Assembly: GCA_051294375.1 (NCBI GenBank)
Contig: CM119270.1
Location: forward strand, 3,281,436 to 3,345,435
Reading direction: 5' to 3'
DNA: 64,000 bases
From: Paraspadella gotoi
Lineage: Eukaryota; Animalia; Chaetognatha
Shown: one piece after another, positions 36,491-50,519 of the stretch
Position numbering within the stretch: the stretch's first letter is position 1
How the letters are laid out: every line of letters begins with the position of its first letter
The notes under the pieces: generated by a model
Seen by the model: the letters and a program-made list of their open reading frames with translations, nothing else
Databases searched by the model: none
Told to the model about the DNA's origin: nothing
Position numbers and translations under genes: made by a program

Positions 36491-36670
36491 GATGGCATCG
36501 GCATCCAACATCTCCGTCGCACCAACGCGTCCGGTTGCTGCAGAGAGAGCAGTCGAACGAAGCCCAAGACGTCGACGACGCCTCTCGGCCCGAAGAAGGC
36601 GTCGCCTTCGTCGTCTTCTTCTCGGACGTTGCGTCAATTTCGTCCTCAACCGAGTCGACGTTTACGTCAC

Positions 36671-36703
<33 letters not shown>

Positions 36704-36752
36704 ATAAAAAGACGGCGACGAATTTTAGCGACGTTTTACTGACAAATGACAT
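36461..36752 (-). CDS. Secreted EGF-like protein, exon 1 (signal peptide plus EGF-like domain); whole protein about 231 aa
   Basis: ATG at 36752, hydrophobic N-terminus KFVAVFLFVVVVVVVVVVG, then CSLCSNRTRWCDGDVGCRCHRGWTGETC (EGF CxCxxGWxGxxC). Donor cag|gttgaa. The three exons total 696 nt in one frame. Confidence 0.8.
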
Positions 36753-37459
36753 CTCAGTCGCTTCTAGTTTGTTTTTTTTTATAAGGAAAAGGAAGAAAAA
36801 TTAAAAGAAAAAGAAAAATCTTCGAACCATGAATGATTCGGCGTGATGACGAGGTGGTTTAAGTTGTTATTGTTGTTGTTCTTCTTATGACAATCCGTAG
36901 CTCATGGCTGATTCAAAAGTATATTTGTATAATTTTAATAAATACATAAAGAAGGTTTTTAGAAAATTTGGTTTTTCAGATACTACATTCTATTCGCTGA
37001 GGATCGCGGGCTTTAGATTCGTATTTGAGTATAAATTCGATGAGGAATCTCAGTTGGCAAAATTCTAAGACGTCCAATCGAAACGAAACTCATTGGTTAA
37101 TCCGGTCGCGAACTCGGGACTTCACGATCGACGATCGGCGACTTAGTTCATAGTGAAGAAGACGTTTTGGCAAAGAATTTAATCTCGTGAAGCCGAAGTT
37201 CAAAGAGACAAACGAAGATTATCTGATCAAGAACGAACGTCCTACTTTTGATTTTTCATATCATATCAATAGATAAAAAAAACGATGTAAATCAAGTGAA
37301 GGTTTAATATATCATTAAGTGTAATTAGTGATTGATTATTTTGTTCACGGGAGCCTAACCATAAAAATTTAAGAGTTGAAGTAGAATCAAATTACATTAT
37401 CTTTGGCTGTGAATCTTAAAATTTCATCATTCACGATTTACAGTGAGAATCAGAATCGA

Positions 37460-37715
37460 ATAATTAAATCTTAACTTCTAAATCGACAACGTCGCGTTCG
37501 AATTTTAAAAAGGATCACGTGAATCTAATCTTCACAACGCATTCATTTCGTTTACGCGTTTCCTTGGAGACGCAAAAGTATTAATCAAGACGTGAGAATC
37601 AGAGGGAAGGCAATAAATTTTTTTTCTCGTTCATTCAAGTTTTTCTCTCAGCGATAAAAATCTCCACAGAAAGAAAAGGAAAAAAAAAGTGTTATATCAA
37701 GAGTATAAAACTCGT

Positions 37716-37755
<40 letters not shown>

Positions 37756-38174
37756 CGCGATCCAACTCGTTACTCTTTTTTTATGCGTGTGAAAAGTGGA
37801 AAGGTCTGCGAAGATAAACGAGTGAAAACTCTTTAATCAGCACTTGTCAATTGAGAGATATAAACATCGGGAGAAGCAGACGAAAGGACATTGAAATAAA
37901 CATCGGTTTTTAAACGATATAAACATGTGGCATAAAAAGTTTAAAATGGAATTTCACTTTACTCGAGCCTTTTATCACAAGTCTCACTTCACAAGTCTGA
38001 CTTTACTTTTATAACGTTACTTTTAGCCATAAAATCTTTTACACTTGTTCTCCCTTCTTCTCTTTTTTTCCTCTTAGATGTCTGTCTCTCTCTCTCTCTC
38101 CTCCTTCCTCTATTCTCTCTCGCTCTCTCTCCTCTTCTCTCTCTCTCTCTCTTCTCTCTACTCTCTCTCTCTCT

Positions 38175-38238
<64 letters not shown>

Positions 38239-38402
38239 CCCTCCGACGGCCTGGAGAGTTGGAATTCTTTGTCCAACTCATTAAATCTTTATGTTTACCA
38301 TCGAAGGGCAAACAATTTTGAGGAGCGGGGGAAATTCACGGCGACGCTTTTAGCGCGCGAGATGAGTGGATAGAGAGCGAGAGAGAGAGAGAGAGAGAGA
38401 GT

Positions 38403-38461
<59 letters not shown>

Positions 38462-40850
38462 AGAGAGAGAGAGAGAGAGAGAGAGATAGGAAATTGACGG
38501 GCGGATAAAAAATCCGCTCTCAACATGGAGTGCGGAGAAACGAGAAAAAAAAATGGGAGTCAATAAAAAAAAAAAATAGATAAATAAATAAATTTAAAAA
38601 AAAAGGAATTTAAAAAAAAATATGCAATTTTTTTGCAAAAAAAAAAAAAAATTATTTCCGCGAAAGTGAATCCGCGTTGATTTTCCTGCTTTTTGTTTTT
38701 TCAATTTATCTTGAAATTTATTTTGTTTTGTCCTTTTGTTCATTAAGTTGCGAACAAATGGAGTTTATTTATTTCTAACAGATTAAAACATTACACACAC
38801 GTGATTATGTTTCAATAAAATTGTGAACTCCTTCACAAAATTTATTTTTTCCGCTGTCGAATAAAAAAAAAACCAAACAAAAAACACAGAAAACAAAACC
38901 AAACCAAAAACACGCAAAACAAAACCCGGAGAACGACATTGATTCGTTCCATGTTATGGAATCTATAAACATCTGCATGGTTGATGAAAAGGTAAAAAAG
39001 TCTAATTAATAATAATAAGTTTAGTAAATAACATGCTAAGGAATTTGAAGAAAAGAGTTTAAGAGTCGTTGAGGTTTTTGTTGTCGTTGTTGTTGTTGTT
39101 GTCACCAAATAAGAGAAATGAACAAAATAGAAATTCCACATCGAATTTACGATGTTTTTTTGCGTCAAATGACGTTTGTGATTTAATTTCCGCCGGAATT
39201 CGAAGGCGTTTCTATTTTGTTATTTTGTTATTTTGTTTTTTTGTTATTTTGTTATTTTGTTATTTTGTTATTTTGTTATTTTGTTATTTTGTTATTTTGT
39301 TATTTTGTTATTAAGAATAATCATAATTAATTTCGGTTGAAGGATACCAGCTTCATTAGGAAAATGGTTAATGACTAAGGTTCGACGATAATTGCAGAAT
39401 AAAAAGTCACGACTGACAGATAAATGTTAGGATTGAAATGTATGAAATTTGAAAATTATTTTACGTAAAGACGACCAGAAGTTAACTTACTACTTGTTTT
39501 GTCATTCAATCAAAGCGTCGACTGAAGTTTCATATTTTCAACGTTTGCGTCGAATTCGATATTTGATATGAACGACGTTTCTGACGAGAGTGACTGATTA
39601 AATCTCGGTCTGAACCAGGAAGGACAGGCGCCTGGGTTTACAGAGAACTTTATAGTTGGCCCTTTTCGACTGATTTGAGAGAGAGAGACGAATATTCCGG
39701 AACCATTGAATACAATTAGACAAGATTAAAGTCAAAGGCCGATTTCTAGGATGTTTTACTGTAGAATTGTAGTCGGAAATTATTATAAGTTCAATTTGTT
39801 CAATATTTCATTTTTATAGGCTTATAGGCATCGTGAAATGGCCGACTACATTAAACACCTTTTTAAATATTCACAAGTTGGTTTTGCACAAAAGTTTTGA
39901 CGGTTTTAAACGTTTAAACGAAAATCGACGGAGCTGATCAAAAGCAAATTTTTTTAACCACTTTCCCGTATAGAGGCGCAGTTTAAGGGACCAAACGTTA
40001 TGATATCAGCTTTTTACCTCCAAGGTGACTGGGTTCCCTTAAGAACTGTTAAGAACTGCTTTTAAGAACTTGTACTTCTGCTTATTTTCTTAGAATTGTC
40101 TTCGAATTTGGTTCATATTTCCTCAGTTTCGATATTTTTATAGCGGAGTGAACGTAAACCTCAAAAACTAAACCAAAAGGAACAAAAACTCTAAATCGAT
40201 TATAACATAANNNNNNNNNNNNNNNNNNNNNNNNNACAAACAACAAACAAACATGATGCGTCGTTTTGTGTCGGCGACGTTTTTTTCTGACTCTAGTCGT
40301 GGCGTTGAACCGGAAGTCAAAGAATACGGATGGATGGACATTTAATTGGTCGTCGTCATCGCTCGTGTCATCTCCTATCGTACGTCATCACTATCGCCGA
40401 GACTATCATCGTCTTCGTCATCCCTATCGCAGAAAACTGTCATCGTCTTCGTCATCCCTATCGCCATCTCCTCTCTGCCGATTCTCCGTTTTCTCCAACC
40501 CGCTCCCGAAAAATCTCTTCTTATCTTGGACGAGCGCCTTTTGTTTTTCGCGAATCAAAACTTTTCCGCCAGGGGAACTTGAGTTGGACGACGATGTATC
40601 CTCACAGTTATCAGGTTGGATTTAATTAGGGGGGAAATAATATATATATATATAATATTATGCTAATACACATTTTTTATTTTACAAGACAGACCACAAC
40701 TTTCTAATGATTTATATCATTTCTATCATTTCTATCTTATAATTGTGTAAAAAGTACAACCATATAGAATAAATGATTAATTTATTAAATAATCTATCTT
40801 GGGGGTTTCAAAATATAACATAGCGGACCGAAGTTTTCAATAGACTCCCA
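37460..40850. repeat. 3.4-kb segment duplicated at 44528-48100 (copy 1)
   Basis: Colinear match throughout, for example aatctaatcttcacaacgcatt, tttatcacaagtctcacttcacaagtctgac and gaaccaggaaggacaggcgcctgggtttacagagaa. Confidence 0.9.
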
Positions 40851-40869
40851 GAGAGTTAACTGAACTTTA

Positions 40870-41660
40870 ATAGGCAACAGCCTGGGGTTGCCTGTGACTG
40901 CCCATTGGGATGGGGCATCTCACATGGTTGCTTTGGGGGGCTTCCGACCCTCAGTGACGCATCCAGTCACTGGCGCGGTTACGCTAGGACGGTCTCGCTT
41001 TGCCAACGCAGAGGGAAGTGTGAGGACGTGGATGGAACAGCTACGCCTGGGCAATGGTGTGTTCCCCCCCTCTGACCAATGGATTTGGCTGAACGAATGT
41101 TGGACGTGGTGCGCAGTGTGGATATACGCGCCAACACCTTCCCATTAATGAATACAGTTCATACACAAGGAAGACCTTTAAGTATTATAGTAGCACGGCC
41201 ATACTTATAAAGTATTTCCGCACGTAGGCAAAAAAATGCAAGAGCTGGACTGTTATTATTAACCTTAATTTAAATTGTTTAAGTGTCTTCCACAAATAGT
41301 GTAAATAAACATTTAAATTTTAAAAATCAACAACAATTATTTAAATTTCCTTTTGAACTTTGAAAGACGATTTTAATGTCCTCGAAAACCAGGAATATGC
41401 AACAGCTGGGTTGCCTGTGATGCCAATTGGGAGGGATCTCACTATTGGCTTTGGAGCTTTCGAAGTTCCGACCACTCAGTGACGCGTCATTCATCTGTCA
41501 ATAGTTACCCTAGACGGTTCTCCGCTTTGCCAACGCAGTGGGAGAGGTAGGACTGGGATGGAACACAACGCCTGGGATTGGCGTCCTCATTGAGCCAATG
41601 GGATGGCTGAACGATTTGGAGTATGGACGCTGAGGAGGTGTGGATATTCTCACCACAGAA
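40870..41660 (+). repeat. Two diverged copies of a ~260-bp coding-like segment (probable transposon remnant)
   Basis: 40873-41130 and 41398-41655 share caacagc..gggttgcctgtga, ttccgacc.ctcagtgacgc, cgctttgccaacgcag and ggctgaacga. Confidence 0.65.
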
Positions 41661-43359
41661 AAAAAAAGTGTTATGTAGCCAAGAAACAATTAACTATAAA
41701 AAGTAAATACAAGGTAAAAATAATTTTAATCGGATCTGCTTATCAGCAGATTCCAACTCTATAATTTACTTTGGTCAGTCCCCGCCCCCTCATCTTTGTC
41801 GGGCATTCACTTAATATGTCAGAACATCGAATATGATAAATAATGCAAAAAAATGAATGGAAAAAAACAATAAAGTCACATTACTTACATCTTTTTACTA
41901 ATTTTAACGCCATAAATTACTCATTAATCATAATTGTATGGATAGAATTTAGTGAAATTCTTGTGTGTGGTACGTAAAGTGTATGATTGAGCAGGATAAT
42001 AAAGTTTTCAATGGAATTGAGGAGTGGAAATGAGGTTTTGCATGGAAAAAACTAAAGTCAATTGACTTTGAATTTGCAGTCGAAAAAAAATTAATAAGTA
42101 AAAAAATATTGTACTATTATTTAATTATTTCTAACTACAGTAAACGTTCAGTTTAATCTGTTGGGCAAGTTGGTTTTTTGGATAATTAGGAGTCACAAAT
42201 TAAACGAATATCTTGATTGATCATCTGATTAGCTAATTACCGCTTAAATTATCGTAACAGATCCGACATGTTTGCTTAACTTGTTTCTAATACATTACAA
42301 TTCACGAAAAAAATATTATTCCATGTTGACATTCTCAAATTTATCAAACAGAATGTGAACTCGCCCCCTTTTTACATTTTGTACAATGAGGTACAATTAA
42401 TATTACAGAAGGCTTCATATTATAAAACAGGGATCGTGGTTTTGTGTGCCAGAATCCTGAAATTGAAATTTTAAGTAGAACGATCCTATGTGAATACAAA
42501 TAAAACTATTGTATGATGAGATAATTCAATATTTGAACCCGAGCCGAGATATGGGTCCCCGGAGGGTCACGCCATAGAGGCAAAAAATGATCAAAATTTT
42601 AAAAACTTTTAAGATGTTTAATCTTACACAAAAACTATTTATTACCTCAAAAATATGTAGTTTTTCCTGGTTAATGAATATCATAGGCCTCAAGTCAAGA
42701 TATGTTAATAATTCGGGAAAAATTGGGAAGTAATAACGATAAAATATATATCAATCAATGCTTAAATAAGCGAAAATTTAACAATTTTTAGTTCTTTTAT
42801 AGTTTTTTATATGTTAATGGCAACCTGATAACTACTCAATAAATTCTTTTGCCCCCCCGGAGATCCAGTCCCAGGGCCCTGTATTCTCCTCCAGGTGTAA
42901 CTATATATAACTATATAATAATGAAGCTTCTGTCTGATCATAAAACAGCCACAGTACATCTAATTTAATAAAAATGAAAATTAATGACGAATAACGAAAA
43001 TAGAGGATCAATTTTGGTGGTAAACGAGCAAAATATGCATGAGATTAAATGAATAAGTTGGTGAGAAAGATGGAGTTCGTGACACATACATATAGTAAAA
43101 GTTAACGAAGAATTGATCTCGATCAAAAAAAAAATGATCAAAGAAAACTTTGATTTAAATTTACAACGTGAATAACCAAAAGAAAAGAATGGGATTTTAA
43201 GGGCTCTGAAGGCTCTTCAGATACAGTAAAACTTCATGATGCAGCTATGTATAATTTTAACTTACAAGTAAGTAATAGAACCATTTTTTACTTAAAATTG
43301 AAAATGTCAGTCTAGTTCGTATACTCTATAATCTTTTATAATTCATTCAAATCTAAGAA

Positions 43360-43756
43360 GATTATTTTGCAACAGAATTATTTCCTCCAAGACCTCGTTC
43401 ACATACGGTTTCAGACATTTTTTACTTCTTCCATACTTGCTCCAAGCATCAATCGTGCCTCCGTCTTTGTGAGCTATCTTCAGGCTTTTTGGTTTTCCAT
43501 ATCACAACGCAGCTTGGAGAGAATTTACCCCAAACTCGTTTGTTTACCTAAATTTAAAAACAATCATCGTCTTTAAACTCATATTTCAGTGGAAACGGTT
43601 GTTCGGAGCATTTTGTAGCAAAATTGGGCTTTTTGGGTGATTCCACAAGGAACATCTCAATAAATGCTTTTTCCCTGTGGATAATGCATCCGTCCCAAAT
43701 CGATCACGTAATTCGCAGATCTCCCCACTACTGCAAAGCATGACGGAGTCGCCATT
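43360..43756 (-). pseudogene. Degraded ORF, possibly a Myb/SANT-like protein of a DNA transposon (PIF/Harbinger-type)
   Basis: ATG at ~43755 (MATPS...) followed by frameshifted fragments reminiscent of V.N.EFG...Q....W/K..K. Weak, by-eye resemblance only. Confidence 0.25.
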
Positions 43757-44527
43757 GTTTCGAGGTGGTCAATTAAGGGAAAAAAAGCATTTAAAGCCAG
43801 TTGGTGAATACTCTGGTCGTTGCTTTAACATTGCTCATATTAATTAAACAAAAATAATTTTAAACCAATCCTCTATATCAAAACTAGTATTTAAATTAAT
43901 TATCAACTAGTATTAATAACCAAAATAAAAATCTTACCCTGAGCCTATAGAAGATTGTGCGCCTTGCTTCGTTGACTTTCTCTCTGATAAAAAAAAAATG
44001 TTAATTTAATGAAGATCGGGAGATATTAATAAGGTGAGCAGACACGACAACCCGCCGCTAAAAAAATCGTTTATCTGCAAAACCGTGATAGATTTTTTAA
44101 TTTATATAATTAAAAATCGTCATTTGCATACTTATATAATATATAAGTATGCAAATGACGATTTTTTTCGTATGGAATCAAAGTGCGGACTCACAATGAA
44201 CGAATACAAGGTCGGTTTTCATGGTTAACTCCCTTATATTTGTTGATTTATTGATTTATTGATTTATTTATTGATTGATTGATTAATTTATTGATTGTTT
44301 GATTAATTTATTGATTGATTGATTGATTTAATTGATAGAAATGATTGATTGATTGAAAGATTTATTGATAGATTGATTGATTGATTGTTTCTTTAATTTA
44401 TATATTGATTTATTGATTGATTGATTGAATTGTTAGAAAGATATATTGATAGATTGATTGATTGATTGATTAATTGATTAATTGATTGATTGATTGATTG
44501 ATNNNNNNNNNNNNNNNNNNNNNNNNN

Positions 44528-45278
44528 TCGAAGCTTAAGTTTAATATCTGTAAACTTTCTGAAATGTCGACAACGTCGCTTCCGAATTTTTAAAAAAAGG
44601 ATTCACGTGATAGTCTAATCTTCACAACGCATTACATTTCCGTTTACGCGTGCTTTCCTTGGATAGACGCAAAGAGTTATTTCATCAAGACGGTGAGATA
44701 TCATAGGGAAGGGCAATAAATTTTTTTTTCTCTTTCATTCATAGTTTTTCTCTCAGCGATAAAATATCTCCTCACAGAAAGAAAAGAGTATTTTTAAAAA
44801 AACTCCGGTGGAGAGATGAGAGAGGAGAGAGAGAGAGAGGAGATGAGAGAGAGATGAGTAAGAGAGAGATGTGAGATGGAGAGACGCGATCTTCCAACTC
44901 GTTACCTCTTTTTTTATGCGTGTGAAAAGTGGAAGGTCGTGCGTAAGGATAAAACGAGTGGAAAACTGCCTGTTAATCTATCACTTGTTCAATTGAGAGA
45001 TTATATAACGATCGGGAGAAGCAGTACGTAGAAAGGACAGTTTGAAATAAACATCGGTTTTTAAACGCATATTAAACATTGTGGCGCATTAAAAAGTTTA
45101 AAATTGGAATTTCATCTTTACTCGAGCCTTTTTATCACAAGTCTCACTTCACAAGTCTGACTTTACTTTAATAACGTTAGCTAGCCATAAATCTTTTACA
45201 CTTTTTTCTGCCCTTCTTCGTCTTGTTCTTCTGTTAAGATGTCTGTCTCTCTCTGCTCACTCTCTCTCTCTCTCTCGT

Positions 45279-45322
<44 letters not shown>

Positions 45323-48100
45323 TTCTCTCTCTCTCCACCCTCCGACGGCCTGAGAGTTGGAATTGCTTTGTGTCCAACTCATTAAATCGTTTATGTTTAC
45401 CAGTCGACAAGCGGCAAACAATTGAGGGCGGGGGGAAATTCACGGCGACGCTTTTATGCGCGCTGCGATGAGTGGGATAGAGAGCGGTGATGGAGAGAGA
45501 GAGAGATGAAGAGAGTGTGTGAGTGAGAGAGACGGAGAGAGACTGATGAGAGATGAGAGAGATAGAGAGAGAGAGGACGAGATGATCGAGAGAGAGAGGA
45601 GAGAGGAGAGAGAGAGAGATAGGAAATGACGGGCGGATAAAAATCCGCCCTCTCAACATGAGTGCGGCAGAAACGAGGAAAAAAAAAATGGGAGGTCAAT
45701 AATAAAATTAAAAAAAGTAGATAAAGTTAAATTAAATTTTAAAAAAAAAAAGGAATTTTAAATATAAGATATTGCGAATTTTTTTTGCAAAAAAAAAAAA
45801 AATTATTTCCGCGAAAGTGACATCCGCTGTTGATTTTCCTGCTTTTTTTTTTTTCAATTTATCTTGATAATTATTTTGTTTTGTTCCTGTATTGTTTCAT
45901 TAAGTTTGCGAACAAATGGAGGTTTATTTTATTTCTAACAGATTTAAAAAATTTACACACACTGTGATTATGCTTTCAATAAAATTGTGAACTCCTTCAC
46001 AAAATTTATTTTTTCGCATGTCGAATAAAAAAAATAAAGCGCCAAACCAAAAACACGCAAAAGCAAACCCGGAGAACGGACAATTGATTCGTTCCATGTT
46101 ATGGAATTCTATAAACAGTCTGCATGGTTGATGAAATAGGTAAAAAAGTCTAATTGAAGTAATTAATAAGTTTAGTAAAATAACATGCTAAGGTTATTTG
46201 AAGAAAAGAGTTTTAAGAGTCGTTGAGCTTTTTATGTTTTTGTCGTTGTTGTTGGTTTGTTGTCACTCAAAAGAGAAATGACAAAATAGAAATTTCCACA
46301 TCGAATTTACGATGTTTTTGCGTTTTCAAATGGACGTTTGTGATTATTTCGCCGGAATTCGAAGGCGTTTCTATTTTGTTATTTTGTTATTTTGTTTTGT
46401 TGTTCATTTTGTTATTTTGTTTATTTTGTTATTTCTGGTTATTTTGTTATTTTGTTATTTTGTTATGTTATTTGTTATTTGTTTATAAGAATAATCATAA
46501 TTTAATTTCGGGTTGAAGGATACCAGCTTCTATTAGGAGAAATGGTTAGATGACTAAGGTTCGACGATAATTGCAGATATTTAAAAAGAAGTAACGACTG
46601 ACAGATAAATGTTAGGATTGAAATGTTATGAAATTGAAAAATTATATTACGTAAAGACGACCAGTAAGTTAACTTACTACTTGTCTTTGTTAATTGCAAA
46701 TCAACAGCGTACGACTGGAAGTTCATATTTTCAACGGTTTGCGTCGAATTTGATATTTGATATAACACGTTTCTGACCGAGCAGTGACTGATTTTAATGC
46801 TCGGTCTGAAACCAGGAAGGACAGGCGCCTGGGTTTACAGAGAAGCTTTATAGTTGGCCCTTTCGACTGATTTAAGAGAGAGAGCACGAATATTCCGGAA
46901 TCCATTGAATACAATTAGTACAAATTAAACGTCAAAGCGGATTTCTAGGTATGTTTACTGTAGAATTGGTAGTCGGAAATTATTATAGAGTTCAATTTGG
47001 TTTCCAATATTCATTTTTTATAGGCTTATAGCATTCGTGAAAATGGCCGACTACATTAAACACCTTTTAAATATTTAAATATTCACAGTTGGTTTTGCCC
47101 ACCAGAAAGGTTTTGACGGTTTTTAAAACGTTAAACGAAAATCGGGACGGGAGCCTGCATCAAAAGCAAATTTTTTTAACCACTTTCCCGTATAGAGGTG
47201 CAGTTTAAGGGATCCAAGCGTTATTCTGAATCAGCATTTTTACCCTCCCAAGGTGACTCGCGCGTTCCCTTAAGAACTGTTTAAGAACTGCTTTTTAAGA
47301 ATCTTGTACTTCTGGAATTGAATTTGTCTTCGGAATTTGGTCATGATTTTCTCTCAGTTTCGATATTTTTATAGCGGATGGTGAACGTTAACTCAAAAAC
47401 TAAACAAATAGGAACAAAAACTCAAATCGATTATAAGCATAAACAAAACAAAACAAAACAATGATGCGTCGTTGTTTGTGGTCGGCGACGTTTTTTCTGA
47501 CTCTGTAGTCGTCCGGCCGTTGAACCGGAAAGTCAAAAGATAGACGGATGGATGGATCATGTAATGGTCGTCGTCATCGTCTTCGTTGTCTATCCCTAAT
47601 CGGTAACGTTCAGTCACTTATTCGCCGAGACTTATCATTCGTCTTCGTCATCCCTATCGCAGGAAACTGTCATTCGTCTTCGTATCCCTATGCGCATCTC
47701 TTCTTTGCCGATTCTTCCTGGTTTTCTTCCAACCGCTCCCGAAAAATCTCTTCTTATTACTTGGACGAGCGCCTTTGTTTTTCGCGAATCAACTTTTCCC
47801 CAGGGGGAACTTGAGTTGGACGTACGATGTATCCGCCCACAGTTATCAGGTGGGAGTTTAGAATTAGGGGGTGGGGATAATAAAATTATATATATATTAA
47901 TATATATGCTAATACACACCTTTTTATTTTACAAGACAGACCACAACTTTCAGTAATGCATTTATATCATTTCTATCTCATTTATATATTTGCGTAAAAG
48001 TACAACCAATATAGAGATAAATGATCAATTTTATTAAATAATCTATCTTTGGTGGGTTTCCAAAAAATACATCGCAAGGACCATGGCCAGCTTTCAATCA
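44528..48100. repeat. Indel-rich second copy of 37460-40850; likely gap-fill artefact
   Basis: Begins directly after an exact 25-N gap. Differences are mostly single-base insertions and deletions. Confidence 0.85.
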
Positions 48101-48109
48101 AGAACTGCT

Positions 48110-48766
48110 CAGTAGCGGGTAGCCGACAAATTCAAATTTTAATGCGGGAACAGCATTTAAACTAATCATTATTGGTTATTAATTATTGTATTAAAATTAT
48201 TTTTTTGGCAAAATGTGGAGATGCCGAACTCAGGAGAATTCGCTATATTATATGTATTATATTTGCTATATTTAAAGTCGAAAAATTTTTTTTTATATTT
48301 TAAGTTTTTTTAATTGATTCTGATAGAGCTTAAAAAAGTTAAGCCAAAAATATAATTTACAACTTTTTAAAAATTTTTGAATGTTTTATTATCTTAAAAT
48401 TAGTAAAACTGCTAAAATCATCGGTGATGATTGATGCATGATGATGATTTTTTCAGGTTTTTTCCAGTTGCTTGACCCCACTTATCATCAAAATATTGAA
48501 ACTTAAAAGAATTCGTATACTTTGTGCTCAGACAACTTTTTATAAGCGTCACCTCTGAATGCTGTTTTAAAAATACAAATATTTAAAAATAAATTTTTAC
48601 ATTTCCTATCTATAAATATAAATATTAACAAAATTAATTACTAATGCTGTCTAGCATTTTAGAAAATTTTTCGGTCCACTTGAAAGTTTTCTTCAGAAAT
48701 GTGCTCAATATGAAGTTTCAGTTCTGGATAAGTTCCCAAATCAAACTTTCGGCTGCCCACCCATTG
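48110..48766. mobile_element. Degenerate TIR element (CAG termini, hAT-like)
   Basis: cagtagcgggtagccga versus reverse complement caatgggtgggcagccga. Interior (tgatagagcttaaaa..ttacaactttt..gatgatgat) is shared with 60551-61086. No TSD found. Confidence 0.5.
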
Positions 48767-49059
48767 ACATCAAAGTTTGGCCCTCTACTTGTCAGGGGCT
48801 GCTGCTACAGTAAAAGTTTCACAACTTTTGGTTGTAGTATTATTTTTGATACGTTATATTTCCTAGTATCAATATCGAGATCGTTTTTTCGCCCGCCAAG
48901 GATCGTTCTTCCTCCGTCTCATTTTTTTTCTCGCTCCTCCAACTCTTCCTCCTCTTCTCCCCCTCTCTCCCTTCCCCCCTCGGCCACTCTCTCGCACCCC
49001 CTTCCTCCTCCGCCCCTCGCCCTCCTCCTCCTCCCGTCCTCCTCGCCTCCTGAATCAGA

Positions 49060-50519
49060 TCGATCCGGTACATGTTGGTTCGTTTCCTCTCAAGCTCTTC
49101 GGCCGGCCCGTCGCTGCGCTGGCGGCGGCGAGCGGAGTTCTGGGAGAAATGCGCCGCCGCCGCAGAAATACGAAAATGCGTGGCGAGGACGGGAAGGAGG
49201 TGAACTGCGAGGGGAGGAGGAGGGGAAAAAAGAGTGAGGGGGAGGGAAAGGAGGAGGAGCGAGAGGGAGGAAGGGAGGAGATGTCCGGCGAATTGTGGAC
49301 GTGACAATGTTTTGTCAACGGAAGAAACCCTAAAGCTGGGAAGACGTCCGAAATCTTGGCCTGGTGTGAGAGAGAGATGAGAGAGAGAATGCGAGAGAGA
49401 TGGAGTAGAGAGAGGAGCTGAGAGAGAGAGAGAGAGAGAAGACCTAGCAGCACAGAAGATGAGGTGAGAGAGAGGAGATGAGAGAGAGAGTATGGAGAGA
49501 GAGAGAGAGATGAGCGACAGTGAGAGAGAAGAGAAGATAGAGAGTGGGAGCGAGAGAGAGAAAAGAACTGAGAGAGCAAGAGAGAGAGAGAGAGACGAGA
49601 GACGAGAGACGGAGAGAGAGTAGAGAGAGAGACCTCGCCAGACAATGAGAGTAAATATATGAGACGGACACCCACACAATCTTAATCAGTATACATTATA
49701 TATATTCAATTTATATTTTCAACTCTAGATCTGGAATTCGTTGCCCGAACTACTACCACGATTCCACTCAATTGTCGTGACATCGTCGGACCACCCGTCA
49801 TCCGGGCGAGCCTGCAAAGTAAAACCCCCCCTCATGGCTGGGTTTTTTTTAGTCAGAACCACTGTATCGACTGATCGTAAAGTCTCCAAACTGTAAATCC
49901 CCGCAACTCGCCTCATCTTCCATTCGCCTACCTGAAATCCATTGCTTTGGCCAGTATCTGCGACTCTGATGTCATGCTGGTGATACCCGCAAATCTCCAG
50001 ATGGACCGAGATGAGACATGGAACGCAGCCAAAGTGATCTGATCACAATGAACGAATAAAGTTCGGTTTTAGTTTAACACCCTTATATCAAGTTTTGGAT
50101 TTAGATAAGATTGATGATTTAGTGATGATATTTATTGATTGATGATTGATTTAGGAACAGTTTACAATTCGTCTGCATCGTCTTCGTGTATCTGCTGAGC
50201 TCGGGTCGTTCTGCTCGTATCGCGATTCTGTCTGACGTGCGGCCTTCACTCGTCACTACATCAGAGAAGTCTTTTGGTAAAAAGAATTATTATATTGAAT
50301 TATTCAATTGTACATGTATAAATCGAAAGGAGGAAAATTGAAAAATATAGTGGAAGTTCCGAGATTCAGTTATTTCCTAATTAAAGATAAAATGGGACGT
50401 TCTGTGAAAATAAGGCCTAACTTTTCTCCTTCTCGTCAGGGATTTCGCGGCCACGATCTCACCAGCGTGCAAACTCTGCGCGGTGTCGCTCCTCGGTTTC
50501 CTTGCAACTGACAGTGCAG
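49060..50519 (+). CDS. Class B1 GPCR, N-terminal hormone-binding domain and TM1 exons (indel-disrupted)
   Basis: AG/GT-bounded blocks near 49060-49180, 49729-49818, 49857-50033, 50161-50276 and 50440-50519. Fragments GIRCPNYYHD, SIALASICDSD, HYIREVFW and AVSLLGFL fit the class B ECD/TM1 order, but frames are broken. Confidence 0.5.

Noticed and set aside
36080-36804. Plus-strand ORFs of 220-222 aa and a possible CRISPR array
   Set aside because: They translate the 46-bp minisatellite and the antisense of the EGF exon. There are no spacers and no cas genes, and the DNA is eukaryotic.
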